Source of the DNA: Lama glama
Taxonomy: Eukaryota
Assembly (NCBI GenBank): GCA_028534125.1
Contig: CM052816.1
Location: forward strand, 39,000,001 to 39,064,000
Direction of reading: 5' to 3'
Length of the DNA: 64,000 bases
Position 1 is the first letter of the stretch; each line of letters starts with the position of its first letter. The position numbers and the translations under genes are program-made. The notes beneath the pieces are model-generated. The model saw only the letters and a list, made by a program, of their open reading frames with translations, was not told the DNA's origin and ran no database searches. Shown here in pieces: positions 1 to 12,300 of this stretch.

Positions 1-1547
1 AAGTTCCATTCACTTACAGAAAACATTCAGATGCAAACATTATTATGCCTATAATCCACAATGTAAAGAATCCTTTCCATTTTAAAGTTCCAGGTGAATT
101 TTAAATTAGAAAATAAACACTAAGGAAACTTTTTCAACTGATGAAATCTTTATATTGGAAACTTTCGGGAAAAGCTTCCCCCCACCCATGGTAAAATAAA
201 TACTTTGTATCCCAAATTTAATTTTATTAAGACACACTTTAATAATGCTATAAAGAAATATTTTACAGCCATAGAGATCAATAACTTTCCATGCGGAAAT
301 AAAAAATTCATTGCTCAACAATATTATTGAGGCAAGTAAAGATTATTCTCAAGTCAATCTGAAATGTTAATTTTTTCAGTGCAAAACCAGTTATAAAATA
401 TTTAAACTCAATATTTAAAAATAAAAAGTGGTCCAATTTAGCAATGTTCAAGTTCTAAATTTCATAAAACAAATCATTACATACATTTTATAGTAAAATA
501 CAGAGATTAAAGAAGTACTTGAGTACTTAAGATATAAATTTCTAATGAATCATACCAAGTCAGCAACAACCAAGCAGATAACATTCCCAATTTGAGTATC
601 AGAATCTTAAAAGATGATATTACTGTCCCAAAGCCTTTTTCTCCTAGCTAAAAAGCTATACAAACTAATGGTCAACATTCTGTTTTCTTTGCAGTTGCGT
701 GCTCTAGAATGATTTCCCCTCAAGTACCTGTGATTTCATTCCTGTATTCAAAATTTGATCCAAACAATTTTTATGTTCCAGGAACACTTAGCTGATATAA
801 CCATCTATAATGTAAAGAGTCCTGTACAGGGTACAACAGTGGAATTCACTAGCCAAGTGTGTAGGCTGACCTAAACTGGTTTACACCCTCTGCAAGTCAC
901 TCATGTATTATTTCTAGCAAACACACGGTCCCCTCTGAGGGTTAGGTGTTGAAGCTGGTACTGTAGCACTTCTGTGTCAGCTGGCTCCTTGATGTTCATT
1001 TTATCTAGATTGAGGTAGTCCAGAGATTTGGAGTGAGCCCTCTTACCTTTAAGAAGACAAAGAGGCAGAGGCCCATGGAGGGCCTTGTAAGGTTCATAAG
1101 GTAAAGATTTAGTGCACTTGTCTCCTGAGCTGGGCATCCGCCTTCGCCTCCTGCCGTTGACAGCTGGAATCTCATATGGCTGGTAGTACCTACTTCTGGT
1201 TTTGTACAAACGAGAGGAACGTGCAAGTCCTGCATCCAGCTGTTTGGAGCGCAAGGAAGGCATGGCTTCTCCCTTACTCTCTTCACCTCCTGTGCACTTC
1301 TGGGCTAACTTCAGGAGTTCCTCACCAGTCGTGAAGCCAACCAAATAGTTAGAGTCCATGTGGAGGATCTGGTAGCCTGACACAGTCCGGCGCATGGGCG
1401 AGCACGGTGTGCTGGAGCAGCGGGGCTTCTCTGCCTCTGCCTTTCCCGGGGAGCCGGCCTCGGCCACGGGCAAGGGCAGGGTGCTCAGGGTACTTCTGGA
1501 CTCTCCATTAACATCTACTTCCATTTTAGGCACCAGTCTGCACACTC
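1..1547 (-). other. MACIR: MACIR terminal exon (23 nt 5'UTR, CDS, AT-rich 3'UTR continuing past the window edge)
   Basis: Minus-strand acceptor tctgtctgcttttAG|gagtgtg, with the AG at 1549-1548. AT-rich sequence follows the stop at 901. Confidence 0.85.
901..1524 (-). CDS. MACIR: Macrophage immunometabolism regulator (C5orf30 / UNC119-binding protein), complete single-exon CDS, 207 aa
   Basis: Translation MEVDVNGESRSTLSTLP...CSSTPCSPMRRTVSGYQILHMDSNYLVGFTTGEELLKLAQKC...QLQHLTLRGDRVFARNNT* is recognisably the C5orf30/MACIR protein. The ATG at 1524 has strong Kozak context (cctaaaATGG). The ORF track's start at 1545 is a GTG. Confidence 0.97.
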   Translation of the reverse strand: MEVDVNGESRSTLSTLPLPVAEAGSPGKAEAEKPRCSSTPCSPMRRTVSGYQILHMDSNYLVGFTTGEELLKLAQKCTGGEESKGEAMPSLRSKQLDAGLARSSRLYKTRSRYYQPYEIPAVNGRRRRRMPSSGDKCTKSLPYEPYKALHGPLPLCLLKGKRAHSKSLDYLNLDKMNIKEPADTEVLQYQLQHLTLRGDRVFARNNT

Positions 1548-2894
1548 CTAAAAGCAGACAGACTCAGATTAGAAAAGCACAATGCGCAGAACCCCAGGCC
1601 AAGCCAGGCCGTTTTAGAAGGCTCAGGGAGCGTGAAATCACACTGGCCCGAAAAACAGCCCATGCACCACGGACAGATTTTTATCTGTGTCTGTTAAACG
1701 TTCCACAGCAGGCATGAAACGACTACAACTCCTTTGCCTTCAAGAATTTGAAAGCAGGTTAAATTAAAGTCTGAAGGACTAGTAAAAGGTTCAGATGGAG
1801 AAGCAAATAGAAAACAATAGTTCTCTAAGTGCAGTGCTCCATTCAGTCACACAAAGTTGATTCCTTTTTGCAATTACTAAGCAAATCAAATATAGATCTC
1901 AACTTAAATGAAGCAAATAAAATAATCATACACAATTTCACAAGAATCCACAATATGTTTCCAACAAGAAAATTTAAATCTTTACATATTTCATCATTTA
2001 ATTTAACGTAACATGCTCAGCTCTTCACACCTGCAGTTGTGTTTAAGGAGCATATAAGAAAAGATAAAAGCTAATCCACCTCTAAAAAGAATCCAATTTA
2101 GACCTAAAAAATTTTTTAAGGTATGGATGAGTCTTAAGGGAAAGTTCCCCAAACCCTGTAAATGTTCCTTCCTTTATATCTCCAGTCAATTAAAGAAAAC
2201 CACTTGGTAGTTTAAAAGTTAATCCTAAATTCAGTAAATCAGGCCATTTTTACTATTAAACATATATAAAAATCAAACATTATTTGACAATATAATGATA
2301 AAAAAGTACCTCCGATCTGATGTTATTTTATCCTACAATACCTAAGATCACACACTTTTGAATAGTTTAGTAAATAGCAAAACAATTCACAATGAATGCC
2401 AGCAATGTTCATTACAATGATTGTATTACACACTCTGGAAAAACCCCAGCAAGAAGTACCACAAACAATGGCCAGGTTCCTAAAAACTGTAGATAAATCA
2501 AATTTTGGAAAATAAAATGCTAAGGGGAAACTGAGTTACAATATCACTTCTGAGAAACTTTATTTCTACTTGGTCTTCAGTTAGAAGATCACAGCTTTAA
2601 ATGTCTCAGATCACTAATCAAAATGATGTCAATATGTCAAAAAATAACATGATTTTAAGATTAAACGTTTATTGAAAAGGCTAGTATATTAAATAATTCC
2701 TAAGAATCCTTTTGTAAAACAAATATCCTTTTCCCAATTGAAGCATTTTCTAAAAAGTTTGGGTATTCATTTAAAATCCAAGCAATCAGAAAGCTTAAAA
2801 AAAGCCACAATTTTATTCCTTCATTTGCATGCCGTACTTTCTTTTCCTTCATTAGAAAAGAAACAAATCAAGACTATGAAGAAGTTTCCAAGTT

Positions 2895-3014
2895 GGGAGG
2901 GTATATAGCTCAGTGGTAGAGCATGTGCTTAGCATTCACAAGGTCTTGCGTTCAATCCCCAGTACCTCTATCAAAAATAAATAAACCTAATTACCTCCTC
3001 ACCAAAAAAAAAAA
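2895..3014 (+). mobile_element. tRNA-Ala-derived SINE (camelid Vic-1-like)
   Basis: A box tagctcagtggtagagc, B box gttcaatcccc, tRNA-Ala(AGC)-like body, then an aataaataaacctaattacctcctc tail and poly(A). Confidence 0.8.
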
Positions 3015-6000
3015 GTACCTAGATGCTGTCCTGTCCTCATTATGGTCCAAACATCTACTGCACAACTGAAAACTAACATCAATAATGATTCCTGAGATAA
3101 AGCAAATGCCAAAGTGATCCACAGTTTTGCTTACTTACTTTTTACTCTAAATCTTAAGACTAATTTAACATAAATACCTTAGTCCCTCAGCCCTTCTAAG
3201 TCTAAAGTAATTGGCTTTATTCTATTTTATTACTGTAAACATAAATTTTTATTGGATTGTGTAATTTATTTCTTTGTTGAGAGGATGGGGACAGTAGGTG
3301 ACTACCACCAACTTTGTTATGCATACAGAAACCTGAAAATTTCTCATCTAATAAACCTGAGGGCCTTGTGAAGCCTCATCAAATTTTATGCTGAACAAAC
3401 AAATGTTTACTCTAGGCCAAACGACAAATTAATCCTTCCTTTCTCACCAATTCTGTAGCCCAGAAAGAACACAAGAGGACAGATCCAAGGCCTGTAACAT
3501 ACCTAACCTGACCGGCAGCTACAGGTAGGAAGTGATTCTCTGATACTTCATTCTGAAAGACAAGGAGAGAAGGTCAGCGAGGCCCAAACAACCAGGGCTG
3601 TGGTGGATTCGGAGAGCACACACACGCCAGGCCGCCCGCCCACGGAGAGTCACCCAGTAGTGATACTCAAGCTGTCAGTCCACATTAAGTGACACAGTGG
3701 TCTAGGTTTCTTCCAAATCTGGCAGTCCATGACAGTCCATGGAATTTCCACCCCTCATTTTAGTATATTATAAACTTCCTAAAATCCATGAAGTCACAAC
3801 CCACCCATTCTGAACTGGGTAATAATTCAAACAGAAGCTAGGCTGAAAATCATCTTTTTTTGCCTATGAGTATAAAAATTGCTAAGCAAGCTAACCGTGT
3901 ACAAAGTCACAGTAAAGAAGAGTGGGCACAGGCTTCTGGGCAATGAGATCATCTAAAGTTTGTTCCCTCACTGAGCCAGTCCTGCTGCATCAAGGCAGAT
4001 CCATCAGGAATTCTTAGAATCTGTAGGGGTTGAGGATAACGGATGGCAGGACACAAAGGTTTGAGAGAAAAAGTCAGAAATTATACGCCAGATGGAAAAT
4101 AAGAACCTAGAAAATCAGAAAAGTGAAGAAAGTGAATGAAGCAATGCATAAAGGTCAAGATTCGATGTGACATGAGACAGACACTACTGTTAGAGGAGTA
4201 ACGATCAGTGGTCAAGTTTCCAGCAGCCAGTAACAGCATAAAAAATGTCACTTGGCTTGGGCAAAACTATCCAACAGGCTCTTCAGATATCTACCTGATA
4301 GATAATGATTTAAACCTAGGTTAAGAAGAAGGTGTAGTTTAATAGCTCTGGGAATCTCAACCAAGCAGCCTGGTGTAGGAAACCTACCATACTTCACTGA
4401 GGCAAACAACACACTCCCTGGAGAAAACAATACTTAACCAGAAAGTTAAAGAAATGAGCATTTATTTTTACTGTCCACTCACAGAAATATTTAATGTAGT
4501 AACCAAGGCCTATGCTTCTCTGAATAAGAGCCTTGCTGTACTGGAACATGAAAATGCTCGTTTTAAGTATTACATAGATAGCAGCTGCTACCTGCTGAAC
4601 TTCTCGAGTGATCTGAAGGGCTGGAAAACTGCACTTTTTAGCTATAAAACATCAGTACTTCTGCTCCAAACAACTGCATAGTCTCAAAACTATCAGCTCT
4701 TCGAGGTGGTTTCAGGGTCTCTGCGGCATCCTGTCCTGTGTACGAGAATATCTTCAGATCTTGATATTCATGCTGGAATGAGTGATGCAATCCAGAGTCT
4801 GCAAATTGCTTAGATTTTTTTTTAATGCCCCTTTACTTATATTTTACCCTTGCAAAGAACATCTACTGTGTGGCGCTAAGAGAGCAAGGTGGAGGACAGC
4901 TGACTGGCAAATAAATATTTCTTGTTCAGCTGGGCAGAATGCTGACTGAGCAGCATAACCTTCCACTCTTTGATGTGACCAAAAACAAAACTTTTTGAAG
5001 CTATTAAACTGCTGAGAATTACCTGACTAGATTTAAGTATTGGAACAAGATTCCAAGAGCAGTTACACAATCAACATTCTCAGTTATCTTTCAAAAGGGC
5101 AGAAATGCTGTAGGTCATGTCCCCACTGAAGAGGGAGAAGTCTAGGCACCTAACTCGAAACAAAAAAGGAGTGGGGAGGTGACAGGAAAGAATAAAGATC
5201 GAAAGTCTCAAACTCAGCATATGCTGGTATGTGTGCGTCCACTGATTTGCACTGCGAAATTCCTTGTTAAGCGGCATTCATCAGGAAACGCAGCTACCCT
5301 GACTACATCCAGCGATAGCCTGTGTTTGTAGTAGATTCTTCACATTTCACCATGAAAAATCTGCTATGGGTTTGTTATTTTTAACACATCTATCCATGAC
5401 TAAGCATTTTGTTTCATATTCCAAAATAAACCTTGTATCAAAAAAGCATATTGCCAAGATAAACAGCTACGAAGTTCTCTCATAAATCCTGCAGGTATGT
5501 GTCACAGGTACACTCCCACTGCATATGTAAGAATAAATGTGAACCCAGAAATCAGATCCAGTGCTAACTTCTGCACTGCAGAGCATTACAAATCAAAGCC
5601 TAACAACAGAGACCCTACTGCTTGCATTAAAGCCTTTCATACAGTTTAAAGCAAAAATAAAAATTGGAAATTGAAAATAGTAAGTATTATAATAATAGAA
5701 TTAGCCAAATTTCCGTGCATAGGAGAGTCTAGACCAGAAAGTGCAACAAGCATAAAAAAGACAACTTGTAGTTGAACAATGCTTTTAGAACTGAGTTTCC
5801 TAGACAAGCACAGGAACAACTATAATTTTTTTAAATGACACCTGAGGGTCTTCAATATCAAATTCCCTCACAATCCAATCAGTAACAATGGCACTGAAGT
5901 ATATCTACACAACATATGAAAGACTGGGCAATGTTCATAGAAGCTACTATTGTTTTTAAATATATGAGAGTTCAAAACTAAACAGCGCCAGACAAGGAAA

Positions 6001-6849
6001 CACTTTTAATACTTCCTAGGAAAAGATATACAGCGCACATTCTAAAAACACTGGGTACAGCAGGCTGAAGTCTGGCTGAAACTAAAGCCGAAAGTCCAAA
6101 CCACAACACACACGTAGGGCAACCTGGTGCACCAAGACGAGCACATTCCAAAGGCTGGGACTGTGTGGAATCTACCCAGCTCTGCACACTCTCCAAGAGG
6201 CCAAACTTCCTTTTGGCACCAGGAGCAACATTTTGAAAATATAACCTAGATACCTCAGCTCATTAGACTAGCTCTAAAAATAGCTGATAAGTTTCATAAC
6301 TGCTATACAAAAAATAAATAAATAAAGACATCTTTTTTGAGAAGAACTACATTCCAGAAAATGGTTTTAAAATCAGGTTTGTCAAAAAAAAAAAATAAAG
6401 TCACCCTCAGTAATCAAAAAACTGCTCCATATGCTTGAACTGTTTTTAGCAACACACAGCAACACCATTTAAGACAAAACAGATATAATGTTACTCTCTA
6501 AATATACAGAACCAAAATGTCATCACACACACACACAAAAAAAAAAATCCCTTTTTTGAACAAAATCCTTTTCAAGAGGAACCTGAAAGGAATCATTCAG
6601 AATAGAGCCCTTCCTTGGGAAATGGAAAACTTCCTAAGCATGACTATTATCATCAGTCCAGTGATACCTAGAACCATCTAGTTTGAATGCCAGAATGTCC
6701 TAGGAGTTCACCTATCTGAACCTCCGATGACAGAGAATAGGACACTTAGGCTATGAAGACAGGGACCTGCCCAGAGCCAAGCACACACTTCCAGGTCTCC
6801 TGGCTCCAAGTCCGGTGCTCCTTTCATCGCATCATGCTGTGCTTCCAGG

Positions 6850-7015
6850 ACGTGGTTCCCAAGCTTGCTACACAATGACATCATCCAAGGAGTTTCAAAA
6901 AACACTGCTGTCTGTGTTCTACCCCAGATTTGTGATTTAAATCATCAAGGGGGTAGCCTGGGGTCTGAATTTAAAAGATCCCCAGGTGATTCTAATATGC
7001 AGACATGTTTAGGAA
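6850..7015. mobile_element. MER5-like hAT-Charlie MITE
   Basis: gtggttcccaagcttg...ccccaggtgattctaatatgcag signature. Confidence 0.65.
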
Positions 7016-7287
7016 TTTGTCAAACAGAACTTACCAGATAGAAGAATTTCACTGCTATAAGTTTCTGCCTTTTTTTTTTAACCAGTAATTACAATCACAT
7101 TAGTGAATATCATTTTTGGCTGCTTCCAATTGCTAACAAACTACCCCTGAGGCCTTCCAATTAACTGTTTCTAATCCACTGTTGGCTTAAAAAACATCTG
7201 CCAACCAAACTTGTTAAAACTGGATATAAAATAAAAATAAATTTGCACACACTTTGATACAGTTCTTTTATCTTCTTAGAACCTGTC

Positions 7288-7891
7288 AGGTACAGTCACT
7301 TTGGAAAACAGTTTGGCAATTTCTTAGAAAGTTAAATAACTGCTTATTACACAACCCACCTACCCTATCTGTAGGTATTTACCTAAGAAAAATGAAAATA
7401 TATGTTCAAAGACCTGGATGTGAATGTTTATAACAGTTGCATTCATAATCACCAAAAACTGGAAACAATCCAAACATCTACCAACAGGGTAACTGATAAA
7501 GAGCCTGTGGTCCATCCGCAAAATGGAATAGTACTCAGCCATGAGAGGGAGCAAACTAAGATTACACTAAGTGAAAGAAGCAGACAGAAAATGCTACATA
7601 CTGTGTGATTCCATTTACATGACATTCTGGAAGAGGTGAAAGTACCAGAAAACAAATTATTCAATGACTGCCAAGGGCTGAAGTTGGGAGGAGGGAACAG
7701 ACTATATAAAGGGACACAAGGGAATGGGTGGGGGGAGGAGGCGGGGATCAAAATATTCTATACATTGACTGTACTGGTCACTACACTAATGGATGCATTT
7801 GTCAAAACTCATCAAACTATACAGCTTAAAAGGGTGAATTTTACTACATATAAATTATATGTCAGTAAACCAAACTTTAAAAATAAAAAAA
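7288..7891 (+). mobile_element. Old L1 (L1MC/ME-like) 3' end
   Basis: ggtacagtcactttggaaaacagtttggca...tgtcaaaactcatcaaactataca... followed by an A-rich tail. Confidence 0.8.
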
Positions 7892-9223
7892 CCTTGTCAC
7901 ATATTTCTAAGTTTTTCATGGTCCTCTAAATTTTAAAAGTCTTTAAAATTCTTCTGATCTCATTATCCCTAAATCAGAAGGAATTTTAATGCTGGTCCAA
8001 TTTTTGTTTGAACACCTTCAGTCACAGGTAACTCACTTCCTCTCAGGTTGGTTCATTTCCCTTTTGCAGCTCTGCTACAATATCTTTTTATTTACATATA
8101 TAACATGTACACACGTACCCAAATGGAAACAGAGATACAGAGTACACACACACATTCCTGTAGCTTCCACCCGTCACTGCTCCCAGTTTTGTGCTTTATT
8201 TCAACTGGATGAGTTAATGACCCAGCCACATTATTTCTTATTCAATAACCTCTAAAAGTACTTTGTACTTACAGTTTTCAAACTTCTGCTCTTTTCTTCA
8301 AAACTGAAAATTTTAGTTATGCTTCCATTTTTTTCAGTGTTTTAAAATACAGTTTCATAAATTTGACAGACTGTATCTACCAGATGAAAACGGTGGGTTT
8401 TTTCCCGCATCATTCTTTTGACTCATTCTGCTGACTGCTAATTTGGAAATCACTTACAATAAACTGTTTTTTCAAAAGATGATGATCACTCTATGTGACT
8501 TCAAAGCAAGGACATTGGCCTTGCTACAAAGACATTGGCCAAGTACAATAACAAACCAAAGCATGAACTAACACTAATGTAACTTTTTTTAATGCTAAGA
8601 AGATTATTACATTTTTTTTCTCCTTCAAAGACTTGGAGCCACCCAGACAATTTCAGCCCAGATACACAGATGACACACTGAAAAAAGACAACTACAGGAA
8701 GACATCAGCAGCACTATTGCCTATTTTTAACAGTTTAAATTCATGATGTGACAAAAGGAACGTCACACTTGCAGTGAACTGCAAAGCGACTAAGTGAAAA
8801 TGATGTTCCTTTCAGTCACTTGTTTGCCATTCTTTCCGTATGGTAATATATGGCTAAACTTTTTGCAAATGATTTCACCAATCTTTGGAGATTAATGTTT
8901 TTACTAAAATGCCCCTGAAATTAAAGCAACAACCTCTTAACTACTATATTTCAAAATATTATTCCACAAGACCTCCTTTATCTTACGAGAATGAAAAAGT
9001 AAAATGTCCTCAATCAAAAAGTCAAGTATTTCAAATATGGTAACGTTAGCATTTTAAAAAATAATTTCAGTTCTCTCCATTCAAAATTTCACAATTATAG
9101 TATATATATTTGTAATAATATACTGACATTTCATAGTCATCTGTTTATATAGTCCTTAAAACACATTATACTATTATGTTCATACAACTGGTCAACAAAC
9201 AGAAAATACAAAATATAACTCAC

Positions 9224-9313
9224 CAGACTAAATCCCAGAAGATGTCACAGTACAATTTCCAATGAGTCCCAAGGGAACACAGGCATAATAATTTTTCTGC
9301 TCTACTCCAAATA
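9224..9313 (-). other. MACIR: MACIR non-coding exon 2 (90 nt, 5'UTR)
   Basis: Acceptor tctttctattttatgtttAG|tatttgg and consensus donor tctg|GTGAGT on the minus strand. The size and position fit my recollection of the three-exon human gene. Confidence 0.8.
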
Positions 9314-12300
9314 CTAAACATAAAATAGAAAGATAAACCTTTAATTTAACAAGTAACACAACTTATAAAGCAATTACATCAATTCTAACTGCAAAACAGG
9401 ATGGAATTAGCAGGAGGTACTAACATCAGGTACAGATTATATAGCATAAAATATTAATTAATTAAAGTAATTTTGCGTTTGCTCAGATAAATGAAACCTC
9501 AAACACTTTTATCATGCTTGTTCCTCTGTGCTCTGTTACTGAAACTCTATCTGGAGGCTAACAGTAGCTAAGTGAGCTAAATAAAGAGCCAAGAAAAACC
9601 AGCAGTTTAAATGTTGGTTCCACCATCCTAATCCTACTCACCTGCTCAACAGACTCACAGTATCCTATGGGAAAAATAACACTGAGGCTAGGGTCAGCAG
9701 AACAGGTCGTAGCCCTTGTCTTGCTAAGACCTCTGCCTCTTGACCTTGCATAAATAGCAATTTTTAAAATGAGGACAATACCATCCCTCCTCCCTCATAC
9801 AGTTGTTATGTGGATCAAATAAGTAGTAGGTGAATGTATTTGGCGTGCTGCAAAGCCCTTTGCAAATGTCTCATATTATTATGCAATTAAATTTTGGTGT
9901 CTACTCTTTTTAGTCATAAAATAGCAACAATAAAAATCCTTCATATGACTGCTGAGGCAAATGACTTGAAAGCTTACAGAAAACTTTTTTTTTTAAAAAA
10001 GAACAACTAGAAAAACACTTCTTTATAGTTATTACATTGCTTATAGTTTCTAACATCTCTTCTGTGCCTTTCACCTCTTACCTGGGGAGGAAATGTGTAA
10101 GAAAATCTATCTTTACCTCCTACCACTCTAGTTAACTGGGTTAATTCATTGAGACCAAGAAAACACCTCAAAGTTTTTTTTCCATCTGTAAAGGTTTCTT
10201 TGGTCCTTGTGTTTTCTGTTGTGCTTAACTTGTTGGGGGCAGGTGGTGCCTCAAATGAGCTGAATGGATTCATTTTACCTACACAGTTGCACAGAGCCTG
10301 AAGAAGGCACAACAGTTCAACATGTTTTCAAAAACAATTGTCACTGTATTAGTTTCCTTACCAGCAGAGAAGAGTTTTATCCAAAGGAAATGGATTATTA
10401 CCAAATTAAAGGTAACTGGTTCCTCAGCTTGAGACCCTAGAAGGAGCTAATGTACCAAGAACTATCATTCAGAGAAACCAACATGTTTCTCAGTCTTTAG
10501 AACTTATTTAGGTTCAGTTCACAGACAACTTTCCTTTCATTTCTTTTGCCACTATTTTCAAGTTGGGTAACCAAGAAGCCTAGATAATTAAGTCTGCTCC
10601 ACTAACAAAGCCTCTGGTTTTAACAGAAAATAAAGTACAATGTAACAAAAACCTTACCTAACCAGTTTTTAATTTACTATCATTATCCCCAGAGAATCTC
10701 CCCAAAACTAACTTCAAACTGATTTCTTATTTAAGTAAATGGATTTTTAATGGGGAAGGGAAACTTCTTTAAAATTAACTTTAAAACAATTTTTTAGTAT
10801 CTTCTACAATCCAAAAGCTAGATGCAATTTATATCATTTAATCTTCCGTCAGGAAACTATTACCCCCATTTTAAAGTATTTGATCAAGTAATATACCATT
10901 TTAGAGTCAGAGCAAGAATCGGAACCCCAATCCATCTGGCTCCAAAGCCCACTGACATCACTTTATAAACACATGGCTCTGTTCAATGATAAGCCCAGGT
11001 ATGTAGTTTTTTACACAATAATCATGTTCCTGAAAAATGTATATTAATTACTTTCTGTAAGAGGAATTCTGTTTAAAACGTGTAGCTCCCCACACTTTAT
11101 TTAAAAGCTCTATCACCTCATCTGTGAGATGACTGGAGGCAAGTAGCTTTCATTACTAACTCTAGGGTTACTTCTAACTTGAAAATGTTAGGATTCTAAG
11201 GCACACAGTGGAGAGACTTAGGCAAAATCATTCTAAATCCTGGACCCTTTCTCGTAAGAGTTTATAACTTTGTTTTTTTAAATCATAAATTGTAAGGCAG
11301 GAAAAAAAATGTTTCTATCAGCCAATATTTGCTGGTTATGTGGTTGGATACCAAATACAGAGAGATATCTCCACTTAATTTTTCAGGGCTGTATCTATCA
11401 CAAAGTGAGACAGATTTCATTTAGACTTTTAGAAATCTAGACTGAAAACCGAGAACCATCTCCAACAGTTTTTCAACATCAAAAGGAAAATCAACGTAAA
11501 ACTTCATCCTGGATTTGAAAGCAGAGGAGCTTTAAAGTAATTATCCAACTCCTGCGCTGGAGCTTATGTGGGAGTCTAGGAAATGGTCGGTAATTTCATA
11601 GTAAACAAAGTGTAGTAACTGATTATCCCTATTATGCCTGTGCCAAGCCCAAAATAGAACACAAACAGAGTCCAAAGGAGCAACACAAGGCAAAACCAAG
11701 GTGAAGGAACTCTGCTCCATTCCTCATTTTTCACTCATTTCTGACTCTGTTTAGTGTCTGGTCTGTGATTGTATGCTATCCATGCACAGGTGCCATGAAG
11801 AAGAGGAGGAGGATGAAAATGGTGAAAAAGACAAAACACAAAACAAAACATTTTAACTAAAAAGAATAAGGTCAGAAACTAGTATAAGCATATAGCTTCT
11901 TTAAGAGACTGTCTATAAAGAAGTCTAGTAAAAATTATAAGGATTTTACTCCCATCTCCCAATATAAACAACTAAAAGACTGTAATTCAAAAGTTCCCAA
12001 AACACATACCTTCCAAATAACACTTTTTCTTCTAAAAATACTTTAAAATCTATTAATCTCTAATACTTATGATTTTGGCCATGTTTTGAACATGAAGTCT
12101 TGGTAAAGTATCACTGGATTTCCTCTCAGGAATAGTCAACAAGAGGCAACAGAACTAGGTTAAATTCTTCCAAGATGGACTAAATACTGCATACAAAACA
12201 GCCGGAAGTAAACGGAGCAAAGGCTAGAGTATATAATGCTCCCAGCTATCAGCAGCTGAAACAAACAGAAGCCCTGTGACACTGTCCTGTAAGCAATGAA

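Noticed and set aside
1525..1545. N-terminal extension MCRLVPK of MACIR
   Set aside because: It starts at GTG. The spliced leader has an in-frame TAG in exon 2, and the ATG at 1524 has strong Kozak context.
1005..1717. Overlapping alternative-frame and antisense ORFs on MACIR
   Set aside because: These are shadow ORFs of the real CDS with no recognisable product.
2895..2970. tRNA-Ala gene
   Set aside because: The stems are disrupted, there is no oligo-T terminator, and a SINE tail with poly(A) follows.
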